Positions 7,229-14,976 of a stretch of 17,436 nt of DNA are shown here, piece by piece. How positions within the stretch are numbered: the first letter of the stretch is position 1; every line of letters starts with the position of its first letter. The position numbers and the translations under genes were made by a program. The stretch is from Fidelibacterota bacterium (GTDB lineage Bacteria > Fidelibacterota > Marinisomatia > Marinisomatales > UBA2128): NCBI GenBank assembly GCA_046861645.1, contig JBHHUM010000044.1, forward strand, positions 1 through 17,436, written 5' to 3'. Under the pieces are notes generated by a model. That model was given only the letters and a program-made list of their open reading frames with translations. It searched no databases and had not been told where the DNA came from.

Positions 7229-9628
7229 CTACCGCACATACAAAATCTTTCTTGCTTGATTAATAGAACCTACTCCAAATGAAACGATATAGATACCTGA
7301 AGGCATCTGTTCACCTTTATCATTTAGGGTATTCCACTGTGTCTCATAGTGTCCCGGTTTAAGTTCCCTATCAAGAAGTTTGAGCACTGTTCTGCCCAAC
7401 AAATCATATATGAATAACTCAACATTGGCTCTCTCGCTAACTATGAATGGTATTCTCGTAAATCGATTGAACGGATTTGGATAGTTTTGTGAAAGATGGA
7501 ATGCATTAGGGGTCTGCTGGTCTTGAGTCTCTGATATACCTAGTGGGTACCAGCGATAAATCGCGTAACCCGGATTTCCTTTCACATAGACAATATCATC
7601 AAAAGCTGTTGCACGACTCCCTTCGATCGAAATTATGATTTCTGGCTCTGTAACATGGGATACATCAATTACATCAAGAAAAACACCTGGATACTCAGTT
7701 TTAGTTATATAAACAAATGGAGGAGCGTGTGTCATAGGCATTCTTCCTCCCCAAACACCGGGTGTAACTACACTACCAACCTCGTAGATACTGTCTGGAT
7801 GAACTATCGAGAGTATCTTAAGTCCGTGTGAATCCCCAACTTTTCCAGCCACATAAGCCCAATGTCCGCTGACCTTTATTCCTGTGGACCATCCACCAGA
7901 ATAACTTCCTACCAAAGTAGGTTGCTCTGGGACACTTATATTTATTACCCTGATGCCATTATTTTCCGGAGGATAGTCATTGTTTAGTGCCAGATATACA
8001 AGTGTATCCTGGGCGTCCAGACCGTTGACTCCCTGTATAGGATAATTACTGATCATAAGTGGATTGGTAGGTTCTCCTACATTTACCACAAAGAGTCCGG
8101 AGTCTTGATGGGATATAAAGACCAGTGTGTCTACTAGATCAATCAGAGCTCCTAAATAGGGTCGAAAATCCAAACTATCAGTATAACTAACCACTTCAGG
8201 GTTATAAGGATTTGAAATATCAAATATCCATAGTCCTCCTACACTATCTATTTCGGTTATAGTAATGGGTCCTCCCATAACATACAGGAGTGGATATTCG
8301 AGAACCATCTCCCCCAAGTGGTGTCCAACAGGTATATTGGATATTGGTTGAATATTGTAAGGATCACTAACATCCAAAATCCAGAGTCCAGATGATGCAG
8401 ATGAAGCATACAAATAGGGAAACTCTATCTCCATCTCTATCGGTGTACCGGGAACCCAGTGTACTCCGATTTCCTCTGGGTTAGAAATGTCCTCTACATC
8501 AATAGACCACAATCCTGCATGCTCAGACATAAAAACAGTCGATCCTTGCTTGCACATCCTAATTGTGGCGGATCTCCCGGCTGGTGCAGTCCACTCTAAC
8601 GAACTGACCAATTCCGGTGACGTCACATCAGATATATCGATTATGACAAACCCTGTATCAATACTATTATAAGCTGTATATAGTAAAGATCCTTCTAGGA
8701 TAAATTCTTCAGGCTCTCTATCCATGTAAAGGGCTCCAACTTGAGATGGATTTGCCGGATCTGTCAAATCATATATCCGGAATTTGGGTGAAGCCCAGCT
8801 GCCTACATACAAGAATCCATCCCCTACTTCAAGGGCATCAGTCGGATATAGGGTATAGATGTCGTTGACTTGCTGAGGATTGGAGGGATCAGATATATCA
8901 ATGATTTGAATGGACATTCCCTCCATATTCCCGATGTAGAGATAGTCCTGCCAGATAGCAGAATCCATAACCAGAGATGATCCTATATACGCAATAGCTT
9001 CTGGTGAAAAGGGATTACTTATGTCTAATATAGCTAGAGCGTAGAACCCCCCTAAGTAAGCATGCCCTTCATGAAGGATTATGTCAAAATAAGAATTTGG
9101 CCCATCCCAGAGTCCCACAATAGTTGGTTCAGAATAATTAGATAGATCTACCACTGCCAATCCTGCTCCGGAAGCAACATAGGCATACGGTTCCTTAACA
9201 GCGATTTCGAAGACAGTACCAGGTTCAATCCACACTTCCCCTATCAATGCAGGATCATTAGGATTGGACGTATCCAGAACCTGAAGGAGGTCACCGTTGC
9301 CCATCAATATGTGCTGGCTGTCAAGAACAGCTACAGCATCACAGTTTCTAACAGGCCATCTGCTAATTAACTCCAATGATGAATCGGCAAGCTGTTTGCT
9401 GATATTACTGTAGCCAGTAGGATTGTCAGCAGACATAAGGTATTCTCTAAGTTGAATAAAATCAAAGCCAGTATTTCTTTCAATTCTATCTAGGTCTTCT
9501 ATCATTCTGTGAAATGAGGCGCCATGTGGTATAATTACACTGAAAAGGGTGCTATGGTTTATGAAAAATACAAATAAAAACAGCACTGACTTAGACGATA
9601 CAATACACCTTATGATGAGATGTCTCAC
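7229..9628 (-). CDS. Secreted LVIVD-repeat beta-propeller protein with T9SS-CTD/FlgD-Ig-like tail
   Basis: 799 aa, GTG start, hydrophobic N-terminal signal. About 13 repeats of the LxIxDxSxPxxP type (LQVLDTSNP, LAVVDLSN, LAILDISNP, IQIIDISDP, LWILDVSDP, LWIFDISNP and others). C-terminus LSQNYPNPFN..IYDLLGR..SGIYIV..RKILYVR. Confidence 0.9.
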   Translation of the reverse strand: MRHLIIRCIVSSKSVLFLFVFFINHSTLFSVIIPHGASFHRMIEDLDRIERNTGFDFIQLREYLMSADNPTGYSNISKQLADSSLELISRWPVRNCDAVAVLDSQHILMGNGDLLQVLDTSNPNDPALIGEVWIEPGTVFEIAVKEPYAYVASGAGLAVVDLSNYSEPTIVGLWDGPNSYFDIILHEGHAYLGGFYALAILDISNPFSPEAIAYIGSSLVMDSAIWQDYLYIGNMEGMSIQIIDISDPSNPQQVNDIYTLYPTDALEVGDGFLYVGSWASPKFRIYDLTDPANPSQVGALYMDREPEEFILEGSLLYTAYNSIDTGFVIIDISDVTSPELVSSLEWTAPAGRSATIRMCKQGSTVFMSEHAGLWSIDVEDISNPEEIGVHWVPGTPIEMEIEFPYLYASSASSGLWILDVSDPYNIQPISNIPVGHHLGEMVLEYPLLYVMGGPITITEIDSVGGLWIFDISNPYNPEVVSYTDSLDFRPYLGALIDLVDTLVFISHQDSGLFVVNVGEPTNPLMISNYPIQGVNGLDAQDTLVYLALNNDYPPENNGIRVINISVPEQPTLVGSYSGGWSTGIKVSGHWAYVAGKVGDSHGLKILSIVHPDSIYEVGSVVTPGVWGGRMPMTHAPPFVYITKTEYPGVFLDVIDVSHVTEPEIIISIEGSRATAFDDIVYVKGNPGYAIYRWYPLGISETQDQQTPNAFHLSQNYPNPFNRFTRIPFIVSERANVELFIYDLLGRTVLKLLDRELKPGHYETQWNTLNDKGEQMPSGIYIVSFGVGSINQARKILYVR

Positions 9629-9705
9629 TAGCCTAATCTCATATCTTACAATATTCGAAAATGAACATTCATACTTTGAACTCCTAAGACTCTATTTCAC
9701 AAAAG

Positions 9706-9735
9706 AACTTACATGAATATTCACTCTCTTGTCAA
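9706..9735 (-). promoter_or_regulatory. Putative sigma70-type promoter for the islet genes
   Basis: Minus strand TTGACA (9735-9730), 18-bp spacer, TAAGTT (9711-9706), about 80 bp upstream of the GTG at 9628. The spacer contains the palindrome TGAATATTCA. Confidence 0.4.
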
Positions 9736-9808
9736 CACCTCAAAGGTCAAACGCTTGGCACACAATATATTTTCAGTAAAATAACACATAGTTTTCTAAG
9801 TTACCACT

Positions 9809-9848
9809 TGTTACTCTGGAGGTGGTTCCAGCCCGGAGGCGGGAGTAA
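9809..9848 (+). repeat. Right copy of 40-bp direct repeat (orphan 3' end of the M28 gene, VTLEVVPARRRE*)
   Basis: TGTTACTCTGGAGGTGGTTCCAGCCCGGAGGCGGGAGTAA, differing from the left copy only at 9825 (A>G) and 9830 (T>A). Confidence 0.97.
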
Positions 9849-9856
9849 AGCACTAT

Positions 9857-9884
9857 TTGCATATTTGACTTTTTCCTGTATGAT
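9857..9884 (+). promoter_or_regulatory. Possible sigma70-type promoter upstream of uvrA
   Basis: TTGCAT (9857-9862), 16-bp spacer, TATGAT (9879-9884). A weaker alternative is TTGATT-N16-TAATTT at 10085-10112. Confidence 0.3.
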
Positions 9885-10125
9885 CCTGTTTTAGGGAAAA
9901 GGTGCAGGAGTTAGTAGTTTCCTTGGACGTTAAGTGTTGACGTTCGACGTTTTCTTTCTTCATAAGTTAGTGTGAAGATTGGCTGTTTGGATTGGCGGCA
10001 AGTAAGCAATTTTCCATTACTCCATTTCTCTATTACCAGAACCCCTACCAGTATTTGAGATAAAAATATTCTGACGATTACCTTTTGATTCAACCTCCCC
10101 GTGAGATAATTTCAAGGTTGTCCTC

Positions 10126-12957
10126 ATGGTTTTAGTAAATGACAAGATAGTTGTCCGCGGCGCCCGGGAACACAACCTCAAGAACATCAATGTTGAAATT
10201 CCCCGGAACAAGTTTATTGTCATTACGGGGTTATCCGGGTCAGGCAAATCCTCCCTTGCGTTTGATACCATCTATGCAGAAGGTCAGCGCCGGTACGTAG
10301 AATCTCTTTCGGCCTACGCCCGCCAATTCCTGAGCCTTATGGAGAAGCCCGATGTGGATTACATAGAGGGACTCTCGCCGGCTATCTCCATCGAGCAGAA
10401 AGCAGCTTCCAGAAATCCCCGCTCTACAGTAGGGACGGTCACAGAAATCCATGATTACCTGCGCTTGCTGTATGCCCGGATTGGGACTCCCTACTGCTGG
10501 GAGTGCGGTGATCCTATCCAAAGGCAGACGGTACAGCAGATTGTGGATGCAATCCTGGAGTTTCCGGAAGGGACAAAGCTTCAGATTCTGGCGCCGGTGG
10601 TTCGGGGTCGAAAGGGACAGTTCAAGGAAGTATTCAAGGAAATCCAGAGGGAAGGATTTCTGCGAGTGCGAGTGGATAGGAAATTCCGAAAGATCTCTGA
10701 AAAGATCATCCTTCACAAGGACAAAAAGCACAGTATTGAGGTTGTGGTGGATCGCATTGTCCTCGATGATGAGCAAAAGGAGAGGCTGACGGAATCTGTT
10801 GAATTGGCTCTCAAGATTGGTTCGGGGCTGGTGATTGTGAATCGCGACAGGAAAGATGAGACTATCTTCAGTGAGCATTTCGCCTGCCCAAAGTGTGGTG
10901 TAAGCATGGAGGAGCTGTCTCCTCGGATGTTTTCGTTTAATTCCCCGTACGGTGCCTGCAAAACCTGCGATGGTCTCGGTTCTCATAAGGAGATCGATCC
11001 TGATCTGGTAGTGCCTGACAAGCGGAAATCCCTTGTGCAGGGAGCCATTGCTCCCCTGGGAGAGCAGCCCCGAGGCAGTTGGTACAGCGCTATCCTGAAG
11101 AGTCTGGCCAAACACTACGGATTCAACTTTACAACTCCATGGTACAAATTGCCTTCAAATGTCAGGAAAATTCTTCTCTGGGGGACTGCAGGTGAAAAAG
11201 TAATTATTCAGTATGAGTCTAACCGTTTTTCAGGGGATTATACAGGTGGTTTTGAAGGTGTGATCTATAATCTTGAACGTCGCTATCTGCAGACGCGGTC
11301 TGGTAATATACAGGAGTGGATTGAGCAGTATATGAGCATGCGTCCTTGTCCGGACTGTGATGGAGCTCGCCTGCGAAAGGAGTCCCTGTCTGTTAGAATA
11401 GGAGATATGGACATCGGAAGTATTTCCAGATTGTCTATTACTGCGGTGAATCAGTTTTTTAAATCGTTGTTGATGACGGCGACACAGAAGAAAGTGGCTA
11501 AACAGATACTGAAAGAACTGCGTGAGCGATTGCGATTTCTTCTGAATGTGGGTTTGGATTATTTAACTCTGGACCGGGGTGCCACGACCCTCTCCGGTGG
11601 TGAGGCTCAGCGAATCAGGCTCGCAACCCAGATAGGCTCTCAATTGGTGGGGGTTCTCTATATCTTGGATGAACCCTCCATAGGTTTACATCAGCGGGAT
11701 AATAAACGCTTGATAAATACTCTGTCTCGATTGCGGGATTTGGGCAATACGGTGGTGGTAGTGGAACATGATAGAGAGACGATAGAATCAGCGGATCATA
11801 TTATTGATTTGGGACCAGGTGCGGGTGATGAAGGAGGATGGATCGTCTATGAAGGCTCGCCAAATGGCGTCAATGGTTCCGGGAAATCGGTGACAGGGTT
11901 ATACCTCACGGGGAAGCGGGAAATAGCAATTCCTGCCCAAAGACGTTTGGGAACTGGGAAATTACTAACACTGGAGGGCGCTAAGGGAAATAATCTCCGG
12001 TCTATTGATATTTCTTTCCCGCTGGGAAAGTTCATTTGTGTTACGGGGGTATCTGGTTCAGGAAAGAGTACCTTGATCAATGAGACTCTCTATCCCGTAC
12101 TGGCCCGGAAATTGAATAACGCTCGTACCCACCCCTTGCCCCACGACGGTGTGGAGGGAACGGCTTATTTAGATAAGGTGATTGATATTGATCAGTCTCC
12201 TATTGGTCGGACACCTCGATCCAATCCCGCTACATATACGGGAGTCTTTACTCCTATCCGCGATCTATTTACACAACTACCTGAGTCAAAAATTCGGGGC
12301 TATAAACCGGGGCGATTCTCTTTCAACGTTAAGGGTGGTCGGTGTGAATCGTGTCAGGGTGATGGCCTGATAAAAATTGAAATGCACTTCCTACCGGATG
12401 TGTACGTACAGTGTGAGGTGTGTAAGGGGTCCCGCTACAACCGGGAAACGCTGGAGATCAGTTACAAGGGAAAAACGATTGCCGATGTGTTGAATATGAG
12501 TGTGGAAGAAGCACTGGATTTCTTCAGGAATATTCCCCAGATTAAGCGGAAATTACAGACCCTGCATGATGTGGGGTTGGGATATATCAAACTTGGACAG
12601 CAGGCAACGACACTCTCCGGAGGTGAGGCGCAACGTGTCAAGCTTTCCAGTGAACTTTCTCGCATTGGTACTGGACGAACTATCTATATTCTTGATGAGC
12701 CCACAACCGGCCTCCACTTTGAAGATGTTCGTCTGCTCCTGAACGTCCTGGGCCGACTGGTGGAGAAGGGAAATACGGTAATTGTTATCGAGCACAACCT
12801 GGATGTAATCAAGACGGCGGATTGGATTATTGACTTGGGTCCTGAGGGAGGAGACGAAGGTGGTACCATCGTTACGGAGGGGACCCCGGAACAAGTTGCT
12901 AAAGCACGTAAGTCGTACACGGGTCGATTCCTGAAAAGAATTCTTAACACGGCTTAG
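10126..12957 (+). CDS. uvrA: Excinuclease ABC subunit A
   Basis: 943 aa. [10 protein letters not shown], two Walker A motifs ([16 protein letters not shown]), two LSGGEAQR signatures, LDEP Walker B motifs, CxxC zinc fingers, and [12 protein letters not shown]. Confidence 0.99.
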   Translation: MVLVNDKIVVRGAREHNLKNINVEIPRNKFIVITGLSGSGKSSLAFDTIYAEGQRRYVESLSAYARQFLSLMEKPDVDYIEGLSPAISIEQKAASRNPRSTVGTVTEIHDYLRLLYARIGTPYCWECGDPIQRQTVQQIVDAILEFPEGTKLQILAPVVRGRKGQFKEVFKEIQREGFLRVRVDRKFRKISEKIILHKDKKHSIEVVVDRIVLDDEQKERLTESVELALKIGSGLVIVNRDRKDETIFSEHFACPKCGVSMEELSPRMFSFNSPYGACKTCDGLGSHKEIDPDLVVPDKRKSLVQGAIAPLGEQPRGSWYSAILKSLAKHYGFNFTTPWYKLPSNVRKILLWGTAGEKVIIQYESNRFSGDYTGGFEGVIYNLERRYLQTRSGNIQEWIEQYMSMRPCPDCDGARLRKESLSVRIGDMDIGSISRLSITAVNQFFKSLLMTATQKKVAKQILKELRERLRFLLNVGLDYLTLDRGATTLSGGEAQRIRLATQIGSQLVGVLYILDEPSIGLHQRDNKRLINTLSRLRDLGNTVVVVEHDRETIESADHIIDLGPGAGDEGGWIVYEGSPNGVNGSGKSVTGLYLTGKREIAIPAQRRLGTGKLLTLEGAKGNNLRSIDISFPLGKFICVTGVSGSGKSTLINETLYPVLARKLNNARTHPLPHDGVEGTAYLDKVIDIDQSPIGRTPRSNPATYTGVFTPIRDLFTQLPESKIRGYKPGRFSFNVKGGRCESCQGDGLIKIEMHFLPDVYVQCEVCKGSRYNRETLEISYKGKTIADVLNMSVEEALDFFRNIPQIKRKLQTLHDVGLGYIKLGQQATTLSGGEAQRVKLSSELSRIGTGRTIYILDEPTTGLHFEDVRLLLNVLGRLVEKGNTVIVIEHNLDVIKTADWIIDLGPEGGDEGGTIVTEGTPEQVAKARKSYTGRFLKRILNTA

Positions 12958-12965
12958 GAAAGCGG

Positions 12966-14939
12966 GTGTCCCGGATAGATCAGCTGTGTATCAATACCCT
13001 GCGTTTTCTGGCCGTGGACATGGTTGAGAGGGCTGGTTCTGGTCACCCGGGAATGCCGCTGGGGGCGGCCCCCATGGCCCATCTCCTCTGGTCCCGCTTT
13101 CTGAAACATAATCCCCGCCATCCAGAATGGTTTAATCGGGATCGATTTATACTCTCTGCTGGACACGGTTCGGCCCTGCTCTATGCCCTCTTACATCTAC
13201 ACGGATACGATTTGTCTCTTGCAGAACTGAAGAACTTCCGCCAATGGGGGAGCAGAACACCTGGACATCCGGAGTATGGTTTGACTCCCGGTGTGGAAAG
13301 TACGACTGGACCCTTGGGACAGGGGTTTGCTATGGGAGTAGGTATGGCTGTGGCGGAAAAATTTTTAGCTGAGAAATTTAATAGACAGGGATTCAATGTG
13401 GTGGATCACTATACTTACGCTATTGTTTCTGACGGTGATCTGATGGAAGGAGTCTCATCTGAGGCAGCATCCCTGGCCGGGTTATGGGGTTTGGGAAGTC
13501 TCATCTATCTTTATGACAGCAACCGGATTTCCATTGAAGGGAGTACGGATTTATCCTTCACTGAAGATGTGCAAGGGCGGTTTCATTCTTATGGGTGGCA
13601 AGTGCTAAGGGTAGAGGACGGCACAGATCTCGATGCCATGGAAGATGCTGTTAAGGAAGCTCAGCAGGATGAGAACCACCCTTCTTTGGTATTGATCAGA
13701 ACGCACATTGGTTTTGGTAGTCCCCAGCAAGACAAGGCGTCTTCCCATGGAGCACCCCTGGGACCGGATGACGTTCTTGCGACTAAAAAGGAGCTTAACT
13801 GGCCGACAGATAAACCATTTTATATCCCTGATGAAGTCAGGAAGTTTTATGTCAACCGGCAGGAACTCCTGGCGAATGGGGAACAGGAATGGCTTTCTCA
13901 ATTCAAGACCTATGGGGAGCAATATCCTGGCTTGGCCGTACGCTTCCAGGAGGTGATGGCCGGGAAGTTACCGGAGGGGTGGAAGAAGCACCTCAAGAAT
14001 TTTACGGTAGAAGATGGACCGATAGCTACGCGTAGCGCTTCCGGATTGGTTCTCAACGGAGTATCAAAGCTGGTGGACAATTTAATGGGTGGCTCGGCTG
14101 ATCTGGCTCCCTCTAATAAAACCATACTGGACGACCGTGAAGAGTTCGGGTTGAAGGGTGCCTGGGGTCCTAACATTCACTTTGGTGTACGGGAACATGC
14201 CATGGCAGCTATCTGCAACGGCGCCGCGTTACATGGTGGAGTGCGACCTTATGCCGGGACATTTCTGGTCTTTTCTGATTATATGCGTCCGGCAATTCGT
14301 CTGGCTGCTCTGATGCAAACCCGGACGATCTTTATCTTTACTCATGATAGTATCGGTGTTGGGGAAGATGGTCCGACACACCAACCTGTAGAACAGATCA
14401 TGAACCTCCGGGCTATTCCTGGGTTGACGGTAATCCGGCCGGCAGATGCCCAGGAGACTTCTCATGCATGGCGGATTGCCCTGGAAAGTGAGGGTCCTGT
14501 GGCTCTGCTTCTTACTCGCCAGAAACTTCCAGTTTTGAATAGCTCTCCTCCCGTGGAACTATTTGCCAGAGGAGCCTATCAGGTTAGCGATAAGGGCTCG
14601 AAGCCGGATTTACTTCTACTAAGTACGGGATCGGAAGTGCACCTGGCCCTGGCGGCAAGAAAAACTCTAGAAAAGGAGGGGTTCGATGTTCGAGTGATCT
14701 CCATGCCGTCGTGGGAACTGTTTGCCAGTCAACCCGAGAACTACCAGCGTAAGTTGATGCCGACTGGTGTTCCTCGACTGGCGATCGAAGCGGGAATTAC
14801 ACAGGGATGGCAGCAATATGCAGATGATATGGTTGGGGTGGATCGCTTTGGGGCATCTGCTCCGGGGCCAGTAGCTTTTGAAAAGTTGGAATTTACCATA
14901 GAAAACATTGTGCGACGCGCCCGGATCTTGTTGAATTAA
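12966..14939 (+). CDS. tkt: Transketolase (canonical bacterial type)
   Basis: 657 aa, GTG start. Motifs [70 protein letters not shown] and FGASAPG. Confidence 0.98.
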   Translation: MSRIDQLCINTLRFLAVDMVERAGSGHPGMPLGAAPMAHLLWSRFLKHNPRHPEWFNRDRFILSAGHGSALLYALLHLHGYDLSLAELKNFRQWGSRTPGHPEYGLTPGVESTTGPLGQGFAMGVGMAVAEKFLAEKFNRQGFNVVDHYTYAIVSDGDLMEGVSSEAASLAGLWGLGSLIYLYDSNRISIEGSTDLSFTEDVQGRFHSYGWQVLRVEDGTDLDAMEDAVKEAQQDENHPSLVLIRTHIGFGSPQQDKASSHGAPLGPDDVLATKKELNWPTDKPFYIPDEVRKFYVNRQELLANGEQEWLSQFKTYGEQYPGLAVRFQEVMAGKLPEGWKKHLKNFTVEDGPIATRSASGLVLNGVSKLVDNLMGGSADLAPSNKTILDDREEFGLKGAWGPNIHFGVREHAMAAICNGAALHGGVRPYAGTFLVFSDYMRPAIRLAALMQTRTIFIFTHDSIGVGEDGPTHQPVEQIMNLRAIPGLTVIRPADAQETSHAWRIALESEGPVALLLTRQKLPVLNSSPPVELFARGAYQVSDKGSKPDLLLLSTGSEVHLALAARKTLEKEGFDVRVISMPSWELFASQPENYQRKLMPTGVPRLAIEAGITQGWQQYADDMVGVDRFGASAPGPVAFEKLEFTIENIVRRARILLN

Positions 14940-14976
14940 AGTCATTTAATGATGTTACGGTTAAGGGAGAATTGAG

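Larger units (their letters stand above)
5119..9808. mobile_element. Direct-repeat-bounded AT-rich genomic islet/cassette without an encoded recombinase
   Basis: Bounded by the 40-bp repeats. All genes are on the opposite strand to the flanks. About 36% GC at 6121-6360 versus 45-54% in flank samples. No integrase or transposase ORF. Mobility is inferred. Confidence 0.75.

Noticed and set aside
5119..9808. Integron cassette array, IS/transposon or prophage
   Set aside because: No attC-like RYYYAAC...GTTRRRY structures found after the genes, no terminal inverted repeats on the insert itself, and no integrase, transposase or phage ORFs.
5079..9848. 40-bp repeat as a CRISPR repeat or DGR template/variable repeat pair
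   Set aside because: Only two copies, 4.7 kb apart, with no spacers or cas genes. No reverse transcriptase is present, the repeat is short for a DGR, and the two mismatches do not both map to adenines of one copy.
9870..9901. TTTTCCT...AGGGAAAA stem as the original M28 terminator
   Set aside because: Weak AT-rich bulged stem with a long loop and no following U-tract.
9911..10271. Short minus-strand ORFs 9911-10093 and 10017-10271
   Set aside because: They arise from low-complexity intergenic repeats (EKWSNG) and the uvrA antisense strand, with no RBS or domain evidence.
10240..11115. 291-aa antisense ORF inside uvrA
   Set aside because: Shadow frame opposite a conserved gene with no recognisable motifs. 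Used only as a hint of codon bias.
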